This document shows positions 55,880 to 64,000 of a stretch of DNA of 64,000 nucleotides, one piece after another. This DNA comes from a virus: positions 126,603 through 190,602 of IMG/VR virus record IMGVR_UViG_3300027749_000039. One strand, 5' to 3'. The notes beneath the pieces were generated by a model. The model was not told the origin of the DNA. It ran no database searches and saw only the letters and a program-made list of their open reading frames with translations. The position numbers and the translations under genes are program-made. Within the stretch, counting starts at the first letter, position 1, and each line of letters begins with the position of its first letter.

Positions 55880-56404
55880 ATGAAAAAAGAGATAGAAAGA
55901 AGATTTTTACTACGAGATATTCCTATTGTAACTGAAGGTTATTCTTTATTAGAAATAGAAAATATTAATCAATACTATTATCTAGTAGATGGTGTTTGGA
56001 AAAGAATTAGAAAGATTGAATCTAATTTATTTGGCGAACAATATTTACATACAATTAAAACTTATAAAGACGGTATAACTTATGAAGATGAAAAATTCTT
56101 ATCATTTGAAGAGTTTAAAACATTAATTGATGATATACATGGTGGTAAATACGAAACAAAGTATATTTCAAAAACGAGATATAAGTTTCCGACAGGAGAA
56201 GATGCTGACTTTGAAGGTGAAATAAGAAATATAAAATGGGAGGTAGATGTATTTAACTTTCATCTTATTATTGCTGAAATAGAAATACCTGATTTAAAAT
56301 ACGAATTTGAAATACCTGACTTTATAAAAACTCAAATAATTTGTGAAGTCACAAATATACAAGAATTATCAAACCGTAGTTTAGCAAGACCATTACCATT
56401 TTAA
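55880..56404 (+). CDS. CYTH-domain protein
   Basis: EIERRFL, KTRY, WEVDVF..IAEIE. Confidence 0.85.
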   Translation: MKKEIERRFLLRDIPIVTEGYSLLEIENINQYYYLVDGVWKRIRKIESNLFGEQYLHTIKTYKDGITYEDEKFLSFEEFKTLIDDIHGGKYETKYISKTRYKFPTGEDADFEGEIRNIKWEVDVFNFHLIIAEIEIPDLKYEFEIPDFIKTQIICEVTNIQELSNRSLARPLPF

Positions 56405-56459
56405 ATATTTTTAAACTTTCAATTTTTTAAAACTATATTAATTATTAAAACAAATAAAT

Positions 56460-58625
56460 ATGAATAAAAACCCAAACATTGATTCTGCTACGCAGGTAAA
56501 AGTAATGGCATCATTAGATGATTACGATGATGATGAGGATTCAAAGCCTTTCAAAGGGAAGAAAGAAAATAAGTCTTCTAGAACACCAGTTTTAGACTCT
56601 TTTAGTAAAGATTTAACTAAAATGGCTGAAGAAGGTAAGATTGATCCTATTGTTGGACGTGAAAAAGAAATACTCCGTGTATCTCAAATCCTTTCTCGTA
56701 GAAAGAAGAATAATCCTATCTTAATTGGTGAGCCTGGTGTTGGTAAATCTTCTATTGCTGAAGGTCTTGCATTGCGTATAGTTCAGAGGAAAGTTAGTCG
56801 TGTTCTTTTTAATAAAAGAATTGTTACTTTAGATTTAGCTTCTATGGTTGCCGGTACAAAGTACCGTGGACAATTTGAAGAAAGAATCAAAGCTTTAATG
56901 GCTGAACTTGAAAAAGAACCAAATGTAATTCTTTTCATCGATGAAATACATACTATGATTGGTGCTGGTGGTGCTTCTGGTTCATTAGACGCTTCTAATA
57001 TGTTTAAACCCGCTTTATCAAGAGGTGAATTGCAAATTATAGGTGCAACAACATTAGACGAATATCGTAAGCATATTGAAAAAGATGGTGCATTAGAAAG
57101 AAGATTCCAAAAAGTATTGGTTGAACCAGCTACCGAAGAAGAATCTATACAAATCCTTAATAATATTAAGGATAACTATGAAAATCACCACTCGGTTACA
57201 TATACACCAGAAGCTATTAAAGCTTGTGTTGAATTGACGGCTAGATATGTTCAGGACAGGTTTTTGCCTGACAAGGCTATTGATGCATTAGACGAAGCTG
57301 GTTCTTACGTGCATATATCTAACATTAATGTTCCAAAAGAAATATTGGACATAGAAGCTGAGATTGCTAAGGTTAAGGAAGAAAAACAATCAGTAGTAAA
57401 GAGCCAGCGTTATGAAGATGCAGCTAAACTTAGAGATAAGGAAAAGCAACTTAATGATGCTTTAGATAAAGCTAGATTGATTTGGGAAGCTGATCAGAAA
57501 AAACATAGACAAACTGTGACAGAAGAAAATATTGCACAAGTTGTATCTATGATAACTGGTATTCCTTTACAAAAGATAAATACTAATGAAAATTCTAAAT
57601 TGGCTAAAATGGGTCCTGCATTAAAAGGTTCTGTTATAGGTCAAGACGAAGCAGTAAATAAAGTAGTTCGTTCTATACAAAGAAGTCGTATTGGCTTAGC
57701 AGATCCAAATAAGCCAATATTTGTAGGTATGTTAATTGGTAATTCTGGTGTTGGTAAAACAGAATTTGCTAAACAATTAACGAAGTATATGTTTGAGTCC
57801 GAAGATTCACTTATTCGTTTGGATATGAGTGAGTATATGGATAAAATATCTTCTACTAAATTAATTGGTTCTTCTGCTGGTTATGTTGGTTACGAAGAAG
57901 GTTCTGCTTTCTTAAATAAAGTAAGAACAAAGCCATATTCTGTTATACTTTTAGATGAAATAGAAAAAGCACACGCAGATATATATAATATGTTCTTACA
58001 AGTATTTGATGATGGACATATGACTGATTCTCATGGTAGAAAAGTGAGCTTTAAGAATACGGTTATTCTAATGACATCTAATGTTGGTACTAAAGAAGTA
58101 AAAGATTTTGGTTCTGGTGTTGGATTTAATACAAAGAATAAAGAAGATAAGAAAGCTGATAATATCAAGGATAAACTTGAAAAGGAATTAAAGAAGAAAT
58201 TTCCACCAGAATTCATCAACCGTATTGACGATATTATCTACTTCAAGGATTTGGGCAAAGAAGAAATCTTACAAATCATCGATTTGGAATTAGTTAAAAT
58301 TATCGGTAGAGTTAAGACTATTGGCTTTGAAATTACTGTTGATAGTAAATTGAAAGAACATTTAGTAACAGTTGGATACGATCCTCAATATGGCGCAAGA
58401 CCTATGAAGAGAGCTATTCAAAGATGGATTGATGATTATTTAACAGATTACATTTTGGAAAATGCACCTGTGGAAGGTACAAAACTTGATTTAAGTTATG
58501 ATTCGGATAAAGAAGTAACGACAATTAGTGATACTAAACCAGAGGTTACGACTGAAATTAAAACAGATATTGAAATTGAGGTTGAAGAAAAACCAAAAAA
58601 ATCAAGAAAGAAAAAATCAGAATAA
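56460..58625 (+). CDS. clpC: ClpC-type AAA+ chaperone lacking the N-terminal Clp repeat domain
   Basis: Two Walker A motifs ([16 protein letters not shown]), UVR-like M domain [17 protein letters not shown]. Confidence 0.9.
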   Translation: MNKNPNIDSATQVKVMASLDDYDDDEDSKPFKGKKENKSSRTPVLDSFSKDLTKMAEEGKIDPIVGREKEILRVSQILSRRKKNNPILIGEPGVGKSSIAEGLALRIVQRKVSRVLFNKRIVTLDLASMVAGTKYRGQFEERIKALMAELEKEPNVILFIDEIHTMIGAGGASGSLDASNMFKPALSRGELQIIGATTLDEYRKHIEKDGALERRFQKVLVEPATEEESIQILNNIKDNYENHHSVTYTPEAIKACVELTARYVQDRFLPDKAIDALDEAGSYVHISNINVPKEILDIEAEIAKVKEEKQSVVKSQRYEDAAKLRDKEKQLNDALDKARLIWEADQKKHRQTVTEENIAQVVSMITGIPLQKINTNENSKLAKMGPALKGSVIGQDEAVNKVVRSIQRSRIGLADPNKPIFVGMLIGNSGVGKTEFAKQLTKYMFESEDSLIRLDMSEYMDKISSTKLIGSSAGYVGYEEGSAFLNKVRTKPYSVILLDEIEKAHADIYNMFLQVFDDGHMTDSHGRKVSFKNTVILMTSNVGTKEVKDFGSGVGFNTKNKEDKKADNIKDKLEKELKKKFPPEFINRIDDIIYFKDLGKEEILQIIDLELVKIIGRVKTIGFEITVDSKLKEHLVTVGYDPQYGARPMKRAIQRWIDDYLTDYILENAPVEGTKLDLSYDSDKEVTTISDTKPEVTTEIKTDIEIEVEEKPKKSRKKKSE

Positions 58626-58655
58626 AAAAAAGCCACTCATTGAGTGGCTTTTTTT
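58625..58655. terminator. Bidirectional terminator
   Basis: AAAAAAGCCACTCA-T-TGAGTGGCTTTTTT. Confidence 0.8.
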
Positions 58656-61495
58656 TATTGTATATAACTTAATGACCAGTCAGTTACATTTATAAATCCG
58701 GTATTACCATCGCAATCTAAATAAACTTCCCAAGTATCATTATTTACTGCGGTTATTGTTGTGCCTGTTATTTTCTCCCATGCTCCATTTGAAGCTGAAG
58801 TAGTAGTTGTAAGCACAGTATCTGAAGTTATATTTAATGATGAATTTTGTGCTAATATTAATCTAATTTCAGCACCGTTATAAGTTGCTGAATCACCTGT
58901 GCTAGATTTTCTAACCCATACGGATATAATGGTTCTTTTGCCAATTGCTGCTGGTATATATTTATACATACCAGCAAATTTTGTTGTTGGAAATAATGAA
59001 TATGTTATAACTTGTGGAACGATAGCTGTTGAATAACTAGCGGATAAATAATAATTACTATCACGATATGTATATCCATTTTTATAATAGCTACTATAAG
59101 TTAATCCATTTAAATAGTTAAACTTAATAGCCGAATCTAATGTTAATCTATTAGCACCAGATATTAAATTTAGATTATTTGTTTTACAATTGTTAAAATT
59201 CCAATTACAAAAATAATTTAGATATTGAGAAGTACCACCTGATAATAAAAAACTATCAAATGGAATTAAGCTATAAGTGCTATTATTAATAAAATTAACA
59301 TTATCAAAAATAATATGACTATAATCTGCGGGTGATGCACTAAGCATAGTTTCATATGAATAAAAAATTGGCGATAAAGCAGTATTTGATATAGTTGAAT
59401 TTATTATTTTAATGTTAAATGTTTTATTAATGATAAGTGTATTACCAGTGCTACTACTCGTAGCACTTTTGCCGGTATTATAAATATTTAAATTTTCAAA
59501 TACGCTGTCATACGAAGTTATTGATAATCCAACATTATTATTCCATATGTTTATATTTTTAAATGTTTTGCCGTTTTTAAATTGTTTTCCTCTAAAATTC
59601 ACTCCATCAACGCCTGAAGAATAACATGAGTGAAATATTAAATTATTTATATCACCTATTATATAATTTGATGTGTTAATATTAAATCCAAAATAAGGAC
59701 TACCATAAAGACCCGCAAAATTATTATTAATAAATGCAAAGTTGGATAAAAAGAAATCGGAACTATTAGAACAATAAACAAATAAACTATTGGAAAATGT
59801 TCCACTATTTGAGGTATAAGAATATGGTTGATAAACCGGCCAGCTATTATTTGTAAATCCAGGTTCAAATAATTGAACAGGTGAAGCTAATGGTACATTA
59901 AATATAACATTATTGTCCATCAATATATTATTTAATTGATGCGCAGTATATGCGCCATAACCTGACGTACTTCTAAGGGCGGTCAGCTTATTATTAAAAT
60001 AATTATTAATTTTATTAAAACTACAACCAATAAAACTTCTACTTTTACTATATGTAAGTCCAGTACTACCCGGATTAATTGCACAAATTGTATTTGTTTC
60101 TAATCCAGAACTGAATTCGGTGTTTAATCCTATACCATATGGGTTTATCCAATTTCCATTTGACGAAAGCACAGGACCACTGCCGGGATTTGAATTGGCA
60201 CCTATATTTTTAAACTCTACATATTGTATATTTGCCTGCCCACCACGCATTTCGATATACATATTATTAGTTGGATCACCAATTATTTTAATATTTCTAC
60301 TTAAATTGGCAATTTCTCCAATATAAGGACTATCACCCGAATGCAAATAAGTTAAAGGTGTTGTTGCGGTTATATTAGTGCCAGAAATAGAAGAAATAGT
60401 AGCTAAATCATATTCCGAATATGAAAATCCAGTTGGTGTTAATAATATAGAATCACCACTTTTCCAACCAGTAGCTATTGATGTTGTGATAGAAATTGAT
60501 CCAGTAGCACTTGTGTTTGATAAATAAGTCCAAGGTGTCACAGTTGCACCAATTATTTCAATAACTCCATATGAATTTACAAAAATTCCAGAGCCAACAC
60601 TGATAGAAGCTCCAAAAGCTAATGTGGCTGTTGAACTAGTTGCAAATCTATTTGCTAAACTACCTATTGAAAAATATCCACCACTATTAACAACTAGATC
60701 GCCTGATAGTTTAAGATAATAATCAGTATTAGAAGCTGTACCAAAGACTAAAGAACCACCATATGATATTTCTATACCATTAGAAGCTGTCGCTGATGAA
60801 GTTCCAAGCATAGATATAGTGCATGAATTATATGTATTTTGGCTCCATACTCCTGCTTGATTTACTATTTCACCTTGAATAAATATTTGATCATTTGATG
60901 TTGCTGTTTGTGTTGCGGATGTAATAAATGCTTTCATTATATTAGAAAGTGCATATTGGGAGCTAGATACCGTAAAAATATTACTATCATAATTGCTACT
61001 TGAACAAATATAAGCAACGGCACCGCTAACATTTGAAGCTTTTAAAGATACCGCATATGTAGCTGTTGTTGAAAATGTAACTGGATTAACAAACTTGAAA
61101 AACTCCCAACTATAGTGTTGTGAATAATATGTGCTGCCCGCAACATCAACTGGATATAAATTATATGAACCTGCTGTACTAAATGTTATGGTTGTACCAG
61201 CAACATCCATTGAATTTGTAATATCACTAATTTTTATAGATATGGTTGCTGTTTGTAGCCAACGATTAACTTTTAATCCAATATGTGTAATTGAGCCTGT
61301 TGTACCAAAATTAAATCCAGCTGATGTTGTTGATAATACGGTTCCAACTGCGGTTGGAAACCATAACCTACTAGCTATATTATTAAATAGATTATATCCA
61401 TTAAGACCAGTATGATATAACGAAGCAGATTGATAATCTATTATATTATAGGTTTGTGAAAAATTACCTGAAGTTATTGTTGCTAAATATGCCAT
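58655..61495 (-). CDS. Large Ser/Asn-rich virion fibre/spike protein with G8-like and beta-helix regions
   Basis: GEIANLSRNIKI motif; repetitive N/S/I beta-helix pattern. Confidence 0.6.
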   Translation of the reverse strand: MAYLATITSGNFSQTYNIIDYQSASLYHTGLNGYNLFNNIASRLWFPTAVGTVLSTTSAGFNFGTTGSITHIGLKVNRWLQTATISIKISDITNSMDVAGTTITFSTAGSYNLYPVDVAGSTYYSQHYSWEFFKFVNPVTFSTTATYAVSLKASNVSGAVAYICSSSNYDSNIFTVSSSQYALSNIMKAFITSATQTATSNDQIFIQGEIVNQAGVWSQNTYNSCTISMLGTSSATASNGIEISYGGSLVFGTASNTDYYLKLSGDLVVNSGGYFSIGSLANRFATSSTATLAFGASISVGSGIFVNSYGVIEIIGATVTPWTYLSNTSATGSISITTSIATGWKSGDSILLTPTGFSYSEYDLATISSISGTNITATTPLTYLHSGDSPYIGEIANLSRNIKIIGDPTNNMYIEMRGGQANIQYVEFKNIGANSNPGSGPVLSSNGNWINPYGIGLNTEFSSGLETNTICAINPGSTGLTYSKSRSFIGCSFNKINNYFNNKLTALRSTSGYGAYTAHQLNNILMDNNVIFNVPLASPVQLFEPGFTNNSWPVYQPYSYTSNSGTFSNSLFVYCSNSSDFFLSNFAFINNNFAGLYGSPYFGFNINTSNYIIGDINNLIFHSCYSSGVDGVNFRGKQFKNGKTFKNINIWNNNVGLSITSYDSVFENLNIYNTGKSATSSSTGNTLIINKTFNIKIINSTISNTALSPIFYSYETMLSASPADYSHIIFDNVNFINNSTYSLIPFDSFLLSGGTSQYLNYFCNWNFNNCKTNNLNLISGANRLTLDSAIKFNYLNGLTYSSYYKNGYTYRDSNYYLSASYSTAIVPQVITYSLFPTTKFAGMYKYIPAAIGKRTIISVWVRKSSTGDSATYNGAEIRLILAQNSSLNITSDTVLTTTTSASNGAWEKITGTTITAVNNDTWEVYLDCDGNTGFINVTDWSLSYIQ

Positions 61496-61498
61496 ATA

Positions 61499-64000
61499 CT
61501 ATATATAATTTATAGCCCACTCATTAACATTAATCCATCCTGTTGTGCCATTACATTCAATCCATACTTCTGCTACACCATCATTTATAAATGAATATGT
61601 TGCTGATATAAACTCAAATATACCATTATTTAAGTTTCCAGTTGTTAATAATGTATCATAAGTTATACCTATCATACTATTTGCGCCAATCATTAAACGT
61701 GGTTGTGTTCCATTATAATTAGCACCATCGGATGTTTTTGATTTTCTAACATATACACCAACTTGTAAAACTTTATTTTGTAAAACTGGTATTATTTTTC
61801 TAGAAGCTTCTAAATATACACCTGATGATGTTGAACTAATAGGTAGTGTTCCGACATTAACATAAGTCACTAATTGTGTAGAAGGAGACGCCTTTATGCT
61901 ATTTACCCCAAATGATGTATCCTTTTCAACTATACCACTTCCATACCATGATTTAAAACTACCTGTTACACCATTTAGATTTTTTGTTTTAATATATGAG
62001 TGACTATTGAACATATAACTATGTGTTAAAAATACACCAGAAGTAGATTTACAGTTATCTAAAAATATTCTAAATGTTGAACTATTTGGAGAGACAAAAT
62101 TCGTTGAATATGCATTAGCAGCATTCTTTTGAAATGCAAAGTCACCAGATGTTGAATTAAAAAAGCAATTTATAAATTTTAAATTAATTAAATCCTGTGT
62201 TAAATTAAAATTAAAATTAGTATTACTAAATGTACTATTAATAAATTTAATAGGACCAGAATTATTAAATATTTGTGTGGCAATAATTTGCTGACTTCCT
62301 AAATCAACATTAGCTAAGGTACTACTATTACTAGTATTGTTATACAGTAAATTAAAATTATATAAAGTTATATCACTACCACGTATAGTTGTAATACCCG
62401 GTAAATATGTTTTAATAATATTAAAATTTGATATTTGATATTTTGATAGACTAGAAGCGGCACCATTATTAAGAGCTAATCCACTATAATTAGCTCTTAA
62501 TGTGTTATTATCTATTGTATTTTGGTAAGCTATATATTCTAATGAACTCCCTACTTCCATTATTAGTACGCTAGACTTAGGGCTGCTACATCCTAGCATT
62601 CCGGTAAATAAATTATTTGTTAGTAATATATCTTGTTGAAGAATTCCTATTGTCGCACCTGAACCATTAATTGCGGCTGCCGCAACATTAGTGCCCCCAA
62701 CTATTATATTATTAGTAAAGCTATTAACTATATTACTAGTATAACCATTTATTGACCAATAAGATTTAGCGGTGGTTAGTGAGCTAGGGGCAACTTGTTC
62801 TCCAATAATCATAGGAAAGCGCAATTTATAAACTATTGTATTATTAATTGTAAAATTACATACGTTATAACCTTTATCTGTTGGTATATATGAGCCGCCT
62901 ATACTACTCACGTAATTTGAAGAAATTCCAGTAGTAGTATTTTTAACAGAACAATTATCTATATTAGTTGAGCTATAACTAGCTGATATATTTGATGTAA
63001 AAAATATACCACCTCTTAAAGTTGAATAAGTAAATGTTGTAGCAGTTGTAATAACATCTGGCGCTCTAAAACCTAAGCTATATAATTCTGTTGAATTTAA
63101 ATTTAATATGCCATATAAATTAAGTATATAAGAACCATAATTATCATCAATTGAGCCTATTTTTATATTACGACTCAAATTAACAATTTCGCCGGTATAT
63201 GAAGCTGTCGAGCTATGTGTATAGCTAGCGGCACTTGGTAATGAAACGGTTAAACCAGATGAGTTTTGAGTTAATGTGAAAACTTCATCATAATTATAAG
63301 TTTCTGTTGGAGGTAAAGCTACTATATCACCTGTACTCCAATTTATCGGAGTTGCCAATGAAGCAGTTTTTGAACCTACATTTACCGTTTTACTTAAATT
63401 AGCTTTATAAGATATTGTTGCACCACTATATGAATTTAGCTGACCACCCATTCTTATAATTATACCATCACTTAATCTAACATAATTAGACGAATCCCAA
63501 TAAGAATATGTAGAACTAAAATCAATTCTAGCAGTTGAGTTATATGGAATTGGACTACCAGATAATCCTATATTTACTATAGCATTTGCTCCTATATCTA
63601 ACATACCTCTTAATTTTAAATATGGATTATATGCGGATTGTGTTACAAATGTTAAAATACCATTTGAGCCTATAAACATATTAGAAAATGTTGCAGCAGA
63701 AGCAGTTGCATCCATAGTCATAGTCCAAGTATTAGATGACGTTCTGCCATAATATTCACCAGCTATTATAGCATTATCATTATAATTTCTACTTTGAGTT
63801 GCTGTAGTTACTAATAATGAATTTAATGCATATGAACCAGTATTATATGTAGAAACTAGTTGCATATAATACGGTGAGTTTAATGTTGATCCAGTGTATG
63901 TGTATAATATTGTATATACAGAACTAGCATTTAGTGCCGCTACTTGTGGTAATTTAAATATTAACCAAGTATTATAACTATAATAAGTAAATCTATCACC
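61499..64000 (-). CDS. Paralogous G8/beta-helix virion protein (5' end beyond the window)
   Basis: GEIVNLSRNIKI and a C-terminal domain shared with 58655; the frame stays open from 64000 into the track ATG at 63865. Confidence 0.65.
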   Translation of the reverse strand, partial: GDRFTYYSYNTWLIFKLPQVAALNASSVYTILYTYTGSTLNSPYYMQLVSTYNTGSYALNSLLVTTATQSRNYNDNAIIAGEYYGRTSSNTWTMTMDATASAATFSNMFIGSNGILTFVTQSAYNPYLKLRGMLDIGANAIVNIGLSGSPIPYNSTARIDFSSTYSYWDSSNYVRLSDGIIIRMGGQLNSYSGATISYKANLSKTVNVGSKTASLATPINWSTGDIVALPPTETYNYDEVFTLTQNSSGLTVSLPSAASYTHSSTASYTGEIVNLSRNIKIGSIDDNYGSYILNLYGILNLNSTELYSLGFRAPDVITTATTFTYSTLRGGIFFTSNISASYSSTNIDNCSVKNTTTGISSNYVSSIGGSYIPTDKGYNVCNFTINNTIVYKLRFPMIIGEQVAPSSLTTAKSYWSINGYTSNIVNSFTNNIIVGGTNVAAAAINGSGATIGILQQDILLTNNLFTGMLGCSSPKSSVLIMEVGSSLEYIAYQNTIDNNTLRANYSGLALNNGAASSLSKYQISNFNIIKTYLPGITTIRGSDITLYNFNLLYNNTSNSSTLANVDLGSQQIIATQIFNNSGPIKFINSTFSNTNFNFNLTQDLINLKFINCFFNSTSGDFAFQKNAANAYSTNFVSPNSSTFRIFLDNCKSTSGVFLTHSYMFNSHSYIKTKNLNGVTGSFKSWYGSGIVEKDTSFGVNSIKASPSTQLVTYVNVGTLPISSTSSGVYLEASRKIIPVLQNKVLQVGVYVRKSKTSDGANYNGTQPRLMIGANSMIGITYDTLLTTGNLNNGIFEFISATYSFINDGVAEVWIECNGTTGWINVNEWAINYI

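Noticed and set aside
2015-61415. Numerous antisense track ORFs inside real genes (e.g. 2015, 4296, 8989, 19690, 35213, 46830, 58031, 61131)
   Set aside because: They overlap well-supported genes, are hydrophobic low-complexity mirror translations and carry no motifs.
1-64000. Stop-codon reassignment (as in some jumbo phages)
   Set aside because: Long conserved genes (serS, glnS, clpC) read through under code 11, TAG and TGA end genes at sensible places, and no CTA/TCA/TTA-anticodon tRNA was found.
63840-64000. Apparent frameshift splitting the last fibre gene
   Set aside because: Re-reading shows 64000 to 63865 is 45 in-frame sense codons; the gene is simply cut by the window edge.
1-64000. 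CRISPR array, rRNA, tmRNA, RNase P RNA, T-box
   Set aside because: No regularly spaced repeats and no recognisable conserved motifs. The leaders lack the T-box AATTAGGTGGTACCGCG-type sequence, so they fit peptide attenuation rather than T-box control.

Overview
Very AT-rich 64 kb segment of a large (jumbo, T4-like/myovirus-type) phage genome. Repeated TTTG-N19-TAnnTTTG promoters point to a Bacteroidota host. It is a translation-takeover region with about 48 recognisable tRNA genes covering all 20 amino acids and about 10 degenerate or mini tRNA-like units. It also carries LeuRS (partial), SerRS, a stand-alone PheS N-domain, a mini-AlaRS, TyrRS, AsnRS, GlnRS, Thg1, two RNA ligases, phosphatases/kinases, eight homing-endonuclease-like genes, CoaD, DHFR, HU, a Dam-like methylase, ClpC and minus-strand virion genes. 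The standout observation is not on the ORF track. Seven tRNA groups are each preceded by a tiny leader ORF, a complementary antiterminator strand and an intrinsic terminator, and each leader is built from the codons read by the tRNAs downstream of it. Examples are H/F/W/S before His-Trp-Phe-Ser, SSSSRSS before Ser-Arg, GAYEAGYAYEG before Tyr-Glu-Ala-Gly and QQQQQ before Gln. An eighth, Lys-rich leader lacks a terminator but has two alternative hairpins. This looks like a near-complete codon-by-codon ribosome-stalling sensor network that would switch on phage tRNA/aaRS operons when the matching host tRNA is uncharged or destroyed. All tRNA and structure calls were folded by eye; family names come from recognised motifs, and no database search was run.
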